Source: an uncultured Desulfatitalea sp.
GTDB taxonomy: Bacteria > Desulfobacterota > Desulfobacteria > Desulfobacterales > Desulfosarcinaceae
DNA length: 64,000 bases
Assembly (NCBI GenBank): GCA_963668675.2
Contig: CAXXMB010000002.1
Coordinates: 1,536,001-1,600,000 of the forward strand
Direction: 5' to 3'
In this document: positions 39,742 through 47,514 of the stretch, piece after piece
How positions within the stretch are numbered: position 1 is the first letter of the stretch
Layout of the letters: every line of letters starts with the position of its first letter
Notes under the pieces: generated by a model
Databases searched by the model: none
The model's input: the letters and a program-made list of their open reading frames with translations, nothing else
Told to the model about the DNA's origin: nothing
Made by a program: the position numbers and the translations under genes

Positions 39742-41247
39742 GGCACAAAATCCCCTCGACAGAAGCAAAACCGGTACGGCCAGCGCCCGTCCCGCCGGGT
39801 GGAGACCGCTCCCAGCCCAGATTCCCTGGCCGCCATCTTCAGCGATTGCGGCATCGCGCTGAACCGCCAGCAGATCGACCAACTCTGGCTCTATCATGGC
39901 TTGCTGCGCCACCACAACACCGAGTTGAACCTGACCCGGATCCACAATTTCGCCAATATGGTGCTCAAACTCTACGTCGATTCAGCCCTGCCCGCCCAAC
40001 TGACCGAACTGCCTTCTCCGCTCATGGACTTGGGAAGCGGCCCGGGCATGCCGGGCATCCCGCTCAAGATCATGCGCCCGGAGCTGACGATCCGTCTGGC
40101 CGAAGGGCGCGGAAAACGCACCGCCTTCCTGCACGAAGTGGTTGAACGCCTGAAACTGGACGGCATCGACATTATCGAAAGGGCCATCACCCCAACCTTT
40201 GACGAGCCGGTCAACGGCGTCATCACCCGGGCGGTGGAGACCATCGACCAGACGCTGGCGCGCATCGACAGCTGCCTCAATCAAAAGGGGCGCGTCATCT
40301 TCATGAAGGGGCCGGGCTGCGACCCGGAGATCGAAACCGCGCTGCAGCAATTCGGAGAGCGCTTCGCCCTGATCGAAAACCGCGGATACCACATCGGCCG
40401 AACGCGGCACGAGCGCCGCCTGGTCGTCTTCGAGCGGCTCGACGCTCCGCCCAGGGCCACGGCCGACGCAGCTGCACGGCGCCACACCGTTCAGGACGTC
40501 ACCAGTGAGCAAAACAGCCGATTCAAGGCACTGAAAAAGCTGCTAAGTGGCCGCGGCATCAAAAAGGCGGGGCAGGCCCTGCTGGCCGGCAGCAGACCGG
40601 TGGCCGAAATGATGACCGCTCTGCCGGAACGCTGCATGGCCTGGATCACCAGCGGCTACCACCACCCGCCCCCCGACGATGCGCCGGCGAAGATGCAGTG
40701 GCTTCAGCTCTCCGAGCCCCTCTTCCGGATGCTCGACATCTTCGGCACGCGCAGCCCCCTGCTGCTGATCGCCGTCGCTGATATCGCCCCCTGGGCGCCC
40801 GGAGAGGAATTTCCCGAAGGGTGCAGCCTGATTGTGCCGTTCCAGGACCCGGAGAACATCGGTACCGTCATCCGCTCGGCCGCCGCCTTCGACGTCAACC
40901 AGGTGATCCTGCTGGCCGAAAGCGCCCACCCCTATCATCCCAAAGCGCTGCGGGCCGCCGGTGGCGTGACGCCTAAGATCCGGCTTCGTCAGGGGCCATC
41001 AATCAAGGAATTGCCGGCCGACCTGCCGCTCATCACCCTCTCCGCCGAGGGTAGAGATATTGCAACCGCAGACTTTCCGGAAAGCTTTGGATTGCTGGCC
41101 GGCATGGAGGGAGAGGGGCTGCCGCCCCAATGGCGGGACCAGTCGGTCCGCATCCCCATAGCAGACGGGGTGGAATCGCTCAACGCAGCCACGGCAACGG
41201 CCATAGCGCTTTACGAATGGCGAAAAAGACTGAAGACTGAAGGCTGA
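39727..41247 (+). CDS. rsmG: Fusion of RsmG (16S m7G527 methyltransferase) and TrmH/SpoU-family methyltransferase
   Basis: N-half LNLTRI, DLGSGPGMPGIPL, KRTAFL, TRAV, MKG; C-half QDPENIGTVIRSAAAF, GMEGEGL, IPI..VESLNAATATAIALYE. Confidence 0.88.
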   Translation: MKKDHGTKSPRQKQNRYGQRPSRRVETAPSPDSLAAIFSDCGIALNRQQIDQLWLYHGLLRHHNTELNLTRIHNFANMVLKLYVDSALPAQLTELPSPLMDLGSGPGMPGIPLKIMRPELTIRLAEGRGKRTAFLHEVVERLKLDGIDIIERAITPTFDEPVNGVITRAVETIDQTLARIDSCLNQKGRVIFMKGPGCDPEIETALQQFGERFALIENRGYHIGRTRHERRLVVFERLDAPPRATADAAARRHTVQDVTSEQNSRFKALKKLLSGRGIKKAGQALLAGSRPVAEMMTALPERCMAWITSGYHHPPPDDAPAKMQWLQLSEPLFRMLDIFGTRSPLLLIAVADIAPWAPGEEFPEGCSLIVPFQDPENIGTVIRSAAAFDVNQVILLAESAHPYHPKALRAAGGVTPKIRLRQGPSIKELPADLPLITLSAEGRDIATADFPESFGLLAGMEGEGLPPQWRDQSVRIPIADGVESLNAATATAIALYEWRKRLKTEG

Positions 41248-41257
41248 AGGCTGAAGG
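41226..41257. repeat. 7-bp tandem repeat (AAGRCTG)x4 spanning the rsmG-trmH stop
   Basis: AAGACTG AAGACTG AAGGCTG AAGGCTG AAGG. Confidence 0.75.
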
Positions 41258-41315
41258 GAAAGTACTACCGCGGCAAACAAAAGGAAACAAACATAAGCAC
41301 CACCAACCGTTAAGC

Positions 41316-41438
41316 TCCCCCCTTTCCCAAAGGGGGGCCGGGGGGGATTCATCCAAAGCACCGACAATAGTCAGCACCTACCGGACCTCGTCAAAGCAAA
41401 CAAGAATCCCCCTGAATCCCCCTTTGAAAAAGAGGGAC
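41316..41438. repeat. Inverted doublet of CCCCCTTT-n-AAAGGGGG REP-like palindromes
   Basis: TCCCCCCTTTCCCAAAGGGGGGCCGGGGGGGATTC and inverted GAATCCCCCTGAATCCCCCTTTGAAAAAGAGGGAC between convergent genes. Confidence 0.75.
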
Positions 41439-41456
41439 TTTTATGATTTAAACCCG

Positions 41457-41900
41457 CTACTGCCCTTTAACCCACAACCGCCGCATCTCATCGACCCGCT
41501 TACGGTTGACGCCGAAATCCGAATGGCCGACCCTTGCGGCCGACCGAAGATGGATTACATTCTCGTCAGTATCGAAGTAAAACTCCAGATCATCCACGAA
41601 GCGAAAAATCAGGGAGCGGCACTCGGCATGGACATAGCGCTCCGCAACAGCGACAACTTCGATTCGCTTCATCTTCAAAAGCATTTCCACCAGTCGGTCA
41701 CGCTCCGCTGGCCAATCGCCGTCATAAGCGAACGGCTCGACGGCATACGTCTCTCTCTTATCCATGGAGGAGACGCAGTTGGGGGTGTCGGGGCATGGCT
41801 TCAACGGGCCGGGCGTGAAACCCGTGGGGTTGGCGGCACAGCCCATCAACAACGGTAAAAAGCAGCCGATGGTGCAACAGACAGCGAGGCCCTTTCGCAT
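41457..41900 (-). CDS. DUF1499-type lipoprotein
   Basis: LMGC lipobox, PCPDTPNCVSS, FRFVDDLEF, RSAARVGHSDFGVNRKRV; GGAGG RBS. Confidence 0.9.
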   Translation of the reverse strand: MRKGLAVCCTIGCFLPLLMGCAANPTGFTPGPLKPCPDTPNCVSSMDKRETYAVEPFAYDGDWPAERDRLVEMLLKMKRIEVVAVAERYVHAECRSLIFRFVDDLEFYFDTDENVIHLRSAARVGHSDFGVNRKRVDEMRRLWVKGQ

Positions 41901-41923
41901 CTGATCCTCCTCCTGCACGCAGT

Positions 41924-42628
41924 TTAAAGGCCGGGGGTGAAGTTCTCCGGCAAGGTCTCTTCACCGCCGATCAACGCCTCGAGTTTATAGACATATTTAA
42001 CCCAGCGATCGCCGTACTCGTCATCGGCCACCAGGCGCAGCGGGTAGCCGTGCTTGACCGGCAGCGGCTCTCCATTGACCTCATAGCAGAGAAACAGCTT
42101 TCCGCTGCGCACATCGTCCATGGTGAAGATGCGGCGATGGGCCTCATCGCCCTCGGGCCCCTCCACGGCCAGATGGGTCGCCTCCAAGGAGAGGCCCGCC
42201 CTCTCCAGCAGCGGCCAGATGGCGACGCCTTTCCAGCGCCCCTGATTGACAAAGGTCAACGGGCAGATCAGCGGCACCTTGCGCTCGACCGCCGGCTGTC
42301 GCAACAGCTCGTCATAACTCAAACGCAGCGGATTGCTCACGACACCAACGATGTTCAGGCGCCATCGATCCATATCGGCCCGATAGTCGTCGGTGCCGAT
42401 CACCTCGAACGCATTTAACGGCGTCAATGGGATGTTGCGCGCATCGATCAGGGAGGGGGTCATGTTGGCCAGCGCTTCCCGAGACGTACCAGCCGGAAGC
42501 AGTTTGCGTTTGACGGCGGCCCAGGCGTTGCCCAAAGCGAGGCCGAACCCGCCGGTCGCGGCAGCAACCCATGCCCCACAGGTGCTCAGATAACGAATAA
42601 AATTTCTTCGTGTAAGGCGGGATGGCAT
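41924..42628 (-). CDS. Tat-exported molybdopterin oxidoreductase (sulfite oxidase/MsrP-like)
   Basis: TRRNF twin-arginine, WRLNIVG, LICP..GRWKGV, NGEPLPVKHGYPLRLV..WVKYV. Confidence 0.88.
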   Translation of the reverse strand: MPSRLTRRNFIRYLSTCGAWVAAATGGFGLALGNAWAAVKRKLLPAGTSREALANMTPSLIDARNIPLTPLNAFEVIGTDDYRADMDRWRLNIVGVVSNPLRLSYDELLRQPAVERKVPLICPLTFVNQGRWKGVAIWPLLERAGLSLEATHLAVEGPEGDEAHRRIFTMDDVRSGKLFLCYEVNGEPLPVKHGYPLRLVADDEYGDRWVKYVYKLEALIGGEETLPENFTPGL

Positions 42629-42659
42629 TGTCCCCCCTGGAAGCCAGACAAACCAGAAT

Positions 42660-42734
42660 GTAGGGACGGGGTTTATCCCCGCCCGCATGTATTGCATAAT
42701 CCGTTCAATGGGCGGGGATAAAACCCGCCCCTAC
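42660..42734. repeat. GTAG-family REP inverted doublet (REPIN-like)
   Basis: GTAGGGACGGGGTTTATCCCCGCCCG ... GGGCGGGGATAAAACCCGCCCCTAC. Confidence 0.8.
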
Positions 42735-42775
42735 GAAACTATTCTTTCAATTCATTTTAGCAGTACTTCATCAGC

Positions 42776-43411
42776 CTAAAATTTATAGGGCAACTTCTTG
42801 AGTATCACCACACGCCCCTTCACTTTGCGGACATATCCGCCGCTGACCAGCTCGTTGAAGATGCGCGACACTGTCTCCCGGGACGACCCCACCATATCGG
42901 CCAGCTCCTGCTGGGTGAACTTCTCGCGAATCACCCCATCCTCATCCTGGTTTTCGATCAGGATGCGCGCCAGCCGCCCATAGACATCCAGAAAGGCCAG
43001 CGACTCGATCTGCTCAGTCGCCTTGCGCAGCTTGGCCAGCAGGGCATTGATCACGTTCCACAGGATGTCGGTGTGCCGTTCGACGAAGCGCAGGAAGTCG
43101 CTGCGGCCGATGATCATCGTCTCGCAGCGCTCCTTGGTCATCACCGTGGCGCAGCGCGCATTGCGGTCGAAAAAGCTCATCTCCCCGAAGTAGTCGTATG
43201 GCCCGAAGCGGTTCACTACGAACTGCCGCCCCGACTCGTCGGTGCGCAGGGCCACAGCCCGGCCGTTCAGAAGCACATAGAGGCTGTCCGAATCATCGCC
43301 CTCGCTGATCACCACGCTGTTCTTGGGGAATGTGTGGCGCCGGGCAATGGCGTGCAACTCTTCGAGTGCTTGATCGCTTAGATTTGAAAAAATGGTGACC
43401 CGATTTAACAC
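42776..43411 (-). CDS. Crp/Fnr family transcriptional regulator (cNMP-binding)
   Basis: FGEMSFF..RCATV phosphate-binding cassette; TQQELADMVGSSRETVSR HTH; GTG start with AGAGG RBS. Confidence 0.95.
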   Translation of the reverse strand: MLNRVTIFSNLSDQALEELHAIARRHTFPKNSVVISEGDDSDSLYVLLNGRAVALRTDESGRQFVVNRFGPYDYFGEMSFFDRNARCATVMTKERCETMIIGRSDFLRFVERHTDILWNVINALLAKLRKATEQIESLAFLDVYGRLARILIENQDEDGVIREKFTQQELADMVGSSRETVSRIFNELVSGGYVRKVKGRVVILKKLPYKF

Positions 43412-43464
43412 TCGCGAATCCTCTTTAAACAGTTTGGGCTTGATTGGTACAATTCAAAACTTTA

Positions 43465-43983
43465 CTAATCACACCTTCTCTGCTCAAGAAGATCCCAACA
43501 AATCATATAACCATCCACTTGTATTAGAATCTGATAAGGGCTGCCATGAGTAAATATGGTGGTCATTTGGTTTGTATTGGTAATGGTGTGAGCATTCATT
43601 TTGATACATCCCTCTTCCAATTGGGTCCCACTGACTTTACACCAATGACTCATATCCTTGCCACCATTTTTAGGATCAAATCCAATCTCATTTCCATTTA
43701 CATCAACAACATACATTGTACCTTTTTCACCAACTAATGTTATAAACTTAATGTTCTCTCTTTTGATGAACCCCTCAAGTGCTTTCAAATTTAACGGGCC
43801 ATATTTTGCTTGCCATCCAACATTGAGTCCAACTGCTGGCGTTGAATGAATCATTTTTTCAGTCGCTTTGACTTGTTTAGATTCGGTTCCAAAACCCGAA
43901 CATACCGTGAGAAAAAGAACGACCATAACGCTTAAAGCAATATTAACAAACAAGAAACCCAAGCTACGTTTACGCTTAAACAT
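43465..43983 (-). CDS. Small exported (possibly lipo-) protein of unknown function, AT-rich
   Basis: AAGGAG RBS, KRKR n-region, hydrophobic h-region ending LTVC, four further Cys. Confidence 0.8.
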   Translation of the reverse strand: MFKRKRSLGFLFVNIALSVMVVLFLTVCSGFGTESKQVKATEKMIHSTPAVGLNVGWQAKYGPLNLKALEGFIKRENIKFITLVGEKGTMYVVDVNGNEIGFDPKNGGKDMSHWCKVSGTQLEEGCIKMNAHTITNTNQMTTIFTHGSPYQILIQVDGYMICWDLLEQRRCD

Positions 43984-44045
43984 GATCAAATCTCCTTTTC
44001 AACATGTCGTTCAATCCAAGAGACTGCAAAAACAAAATTTGCAGC

Positions 44046-47000
44046 TTAAAACGAAAACGAAAATCGCACTATAAACGTTCGTTCCGGGAGAAAATATGGG
44101 ACGGCGACCCTATCCGGAGTGCGATCATCATACCCCTTATAGCTAAATTCTTGATCAAATATATTTCGAACTTCAGCACTAAGCAAACCGTGGCGACTTG
44201 GCAACCGGTAACCAAACGCTGCATCTAGTGTTACAAATTCATCCCTTTCTGAATTACCGTTACTATCATAAAGAGTAACTTTTTGGTTTACATATGTTGA
44301 GATCAACTTCCAAAAAACACCTGAAGAATGAAAGTAGCTAATTTTTAAAGGTGCCAAATGCGTGAGCGTTTCTAAAGGCGCAAAGCCTAAGTATGCTGGA
44401 CTAGGCTGGCGTTCAAAATCTTCATAACTATAATCCAAATTTACAGCAATAACTTTGGATGGTGTCCAGGATAAAAAGCCTCGGTAAATATTCTCTTCCC
44501 AATCTTCTTCTCTATCACTTCCAGCCCCTCCGATTGAAAAGTCTATATCCCGCCTGAAATATTCAACACCGCCAGAAAGTGTCTCAAAAAACTTATGATC
44601 AACAGCAATTCCATAATCAATAGATTCGGCCCCATTGTAGTCGTCAAAAAATTGATTAAAACCTGCGACTTGAGTCGGCTCTAACGTCTGGTCTGCAATA
44701 ACCGATCTTTTCAATACCTTAAATGCCGCTAAACGTAATGTTGTACTTGCTAACATCTTCCATCTCAAACCAAATTTCGGATTTATGGAGTCCTTATCTT
44801 CCAATTGATCATCATCCATCGAGTCATAACTAAGGCCAATTGTCAGAATTACATTTTTTATAAAATCAATATTTGAATATATGTATCCATTTGCATAACT
44901 ATTATCAAAATCCTCCGGTACTGTCGTAGTACTTCCAAATACAGTTGTCGTAATTGAAGTGGTTGTATCAAAATCGTAATATCCGCCACCGACGATAAGA
45001 TCCCATGCTGGGCTTACAAATAGATATTGAACTTCTCCCATCCAACCATCTTCCTCAAGCCCGACCTCCGTCGGCACATCAAAAGGAATCCCAAAAATTT
45101 CTTCAACAATCGTATAAGCTTCATTTTCGTTCTTTTCCTGAAGCATAAACGAGGCCAAAATAGTAGATTGCCTTTGGGGCTTGATATTCAATCCAGCCCT
45201 GAAGGTTTTGACTATCGAGTCGTGTCGGAACGTCGTGTCGGGTGATTCCAGATCGAAATCGTAACTCAGATCTCCGTGTTCAATATCGCGATAGCGGTAC
45301 TCCGCCTGCAGATTGACTGTAGGCGTCAAGGCAGCCTGTACAAATCCGTTATAAATGGATTGCTCTATATCGTTGTTTTCTCTGAATCCGTCAGTTTTGT
45401 AGTGAAATTGCCCCACGCTGTAGGAAAATAGGTTCAAAATTCCAGATAGGGTTAACTCATCGCCCGAGGTAGTGTTACTCCCCACAACACCATCGACGAG
45501 CAGTGATGTGCGATCTGCAGTAAAAAGAGAGTGGTAGTTGCCATACGAAAGTGAACCCGGTGCTGCACCTTGCTGGATGAGAAGATTCGATTCCGCCAAC
45601 TGCGGTTGAACGGGTGCAATGTTAATGGGCTGCAGCAATTGGGACTGTAGTAGTTCACTTACCCTGGCGATCTCATGACGCGGGCGGGAACCGTATACAT
45701 CAGACAGCAAACGGTGGGCCGAATAGCTGGATGGATCAACCGCCAGAGACGCGTACCCCTGGCGGATGGCCTTTTCCTGAAATCCGAGATCGTTGTAGAT
45801 CCGTCCAAGACTTGCTCCACGAGCCGCGAGATCCTGGTCCAGCAGAAACCTGGAACGGTAGACAGCGCGGTTGTCGTTCAGATCGATCGACTTTTCCAAA
45901 TCCTGCATGGCTTCAACCGGTCGGTTGATCGTTTGCTTGCGGATAGCGTCATAAAACCAAGGGGTGGGGTCGTTGGGATCTAGCTGCTTGGCCATTTCGA
46001 ACTGGCGCTCGTCCAGGAGGTCGCGCTTCTCGTCGAAGTAGGCCTTGCCCAGGTAGCTGCGGATCAGGGCGTTGTCCGGGTCGAGGCCGGCGGCGATCTC
46101 GATGTCGGCCCGCCCGGCCTTTAGATCACCGTCCCTGATCTTGGCCAACCCCGACCCCAGGCGCGGCAGGGGCGCGGCGCTGTCCAGTTTGATGGCCCGG
46201 TCGAACGCCTCCAGGGCCTCGTCGGTCTTGATGCGGGATAGATAGGCGTAGCCGAGCACGGTCTGCACGTGGGCCAGATCCGGCGACAGGGCGGCGGCTT
46301 TGTTGGCGGCCCGCAGGGCGCCTTTGGTGTCGGCCAGGGAGAGGCGCAGTTCGGCGAGCCGGGCCCAGGCCAAGCTGTTCTGCGTATCGAGCTGGGTGGC
46401 CATCTGGGCGGCGTCAGTCGCGGATTCGATGTCGAAGTGGGCCTGGAGGGCGTAGGAGAAGGCGATGCGGGCGGCGGTGGATTGGCCGTCCATCTCGACA
46501 GCGGCCTGGGCATCCTGCAGGGCGTCCGCCTTGCGGTTCTGCACGACCGCCATGATCGACCGCAGGGCCATGGCCGGGCTGTTCTTGTCATCGAGGGCGA
46601 GGGCCTGTTCGATATCTTTCGCTGCACCGTCAACGCGCCCCACGGAGAGATTCGAGGCGGCCCGATTGACGTAGAACCCGGCGTCGCCCTTCTGTTGGGG
46701 AGCATCTTCCGGCCGCACGGCCAGGACCGGCGGGTAGTACAAGGCCCACTGCACGGCGTCGCGTGGTCGTACGATGGTCTCCAACCGGGGCGCCCGATCT
46801 TCGTCGGCGACTGCGGCCTGGCCCTTGGCCAGGGTCAGATCGCCCTGGCGGTTTTCGGCCAGCACGGCGCCTTCATAGAGAATGATGGTGGTGCGGTCCG
46901 CATCGACTTTAACGTAAAACTCCGTGCCCTCGACAACACCGTTGACGAAGGGCGTCACCACCTTGAGGCTGCGGGCCTTGCGGCTGAAGAAGAAGGCGGC

Positions 47001-47348
47001 CCCTTCGAGCAGCTCCATGAGGAAGGTCTTCTCCTTTTCGATGCCGGTGAATACCAGGGTGGTGTACTGATCCACACGCAACACCGATTCGTTGCTCAGC
47101 ACGACGGCAGCCCGGCTGTTGGCGGCCACGCGAAAAGCGTCGCCCGGGAAAAAAGTCTCCTCCTGCCCAACCGATTGCCAATCACTCTCTCCGGCACGCT
47201 TGACGAACGCCTGCCCCTGAACCGAGACCAGCCGGCTCACCCAGGCGGCAACGCTCTCTTCGGCTTCGGTATTTTGGGGCAAGGGAAATACGGCACTTAC
47301 TAAAAGGCAGACAAGAAACGCCGCCAACGTGCAAGGGGTGTATCTCAT
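44046..47348 (-). CDS. FecR-TPR-beta-barrel outer-membrane receptor (NsrA-like architecture)
   Basis: Signal peptide; FecR (VVTPFVNGVVEGTEFYV..LYEGAV); multiple TPR helices; TonB-receptor-like barrel (NPKFGLRW..RNIFDQ..RTFIVRFSFSF); GGAGG RBS before ATG 47348. Confidence 0.9.
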   Translation of the reverse strand: MRYTPCTLAAFLVCLLVSAVFPLPQNTEAEESVAAWVSRLVSVQGQAFVKRAGESDWQSVGQEETFFPGDAFRVAANSRAAVVLSNESVLRVDQYTTLVFTGIEKEKTFLMELLEGAAFFFSRKARSLKVVTPFVNGVVEGTEFYVKVDADRTTIILYEGAVLAENRQGDLTLAKGQAAVADEDRAPRLETIVRPRDAVQWALYYPPVLAVRPEDAPQQKGDAGFYVNRAASNLSVGRVDGAAKDIEQALALDDKNSPAMALRSIMAVVQNRKADALQDAQAAVEMDGQSTAARIAFSYALQAHFDIESATDAAQMATQLDTQNSLAWARLAELRLSLADTKGALRAANKAAALSPDLAHVQTVLGYAYLSRIKTDEALEAFDRAIKLDSAAPLPRLGSGLAKIRDGDLKAGRADIEIAAGLDPDNALIRSYLGKAYFDEKRDLLDERQFEMAKQLDPNDPTPWFYDAIRKQTINRPVEAMQDLEKSIDLNDNRAVYRSRFLLDQDLAARGASLGRIYNDLGFQEKAIRQGYASLAVDPSSYSAHRLLSDVYGSRPRHEIARVSELLQSQLLQPINIAPVQPQLAESNLLIQQGAAPGSLSYGNYHSLFTADRTSLLVDGVVGSNTTSGDELTLSGILNLFSYSVGQFHYKTDGFRENNDIEQSIYNGFVQAALTPTVNLQAEYRYRDIEHGDLSYDFDLESPDTTFRHDSIVKTFRAGLNIKPQRQSTILASFMLQEKNENEAYTIVEEIFGIPFDVPTEVGLEEDGWMGEVQYLFVSPAWDLIVGGGYYDFDTTTSITTTVFGSTTTVPEDFDNSYANGYIYSNIDFIKNVILTIGLSYDSMDDDQLEDKDSINPKFGLRWKMLASTTLRLAAFKVLKRSVIADQTLEPTQVAGFNQFFDDYNGAESIDYGIAVDHKFFETLSGGVEYFRRDIDFSIGGAGSDREEDWEENIYRGFLSWTPSKVIAVNLDYSYEDFERQPSPAYLGFAPLETLTHLAPLKISYFHSSGVFWKLISTYVNQKVTLYDSNGNSERDEFVTLDAAFGYRLPSRHGLLSAEVRNIFDQEFSYKGYDDRTPDRVAVPYFLPERTFIVRFSFSF

Positions 47349-47514
47349 GGTTTGCCTCCTTGAGCTATCGGCAGCCATTTCGCCCGCCGGTTCTCAATGC
47401 AGCTTTTATGGCATCATCAGCTCAAGCAAAATCTCAGCTGATTTACGGATCAGGTCTTGCGGAAAGTACCTTCTCATAACACATCACCCCATGAAGGGCA
47501 CCCATAAAAATGAT

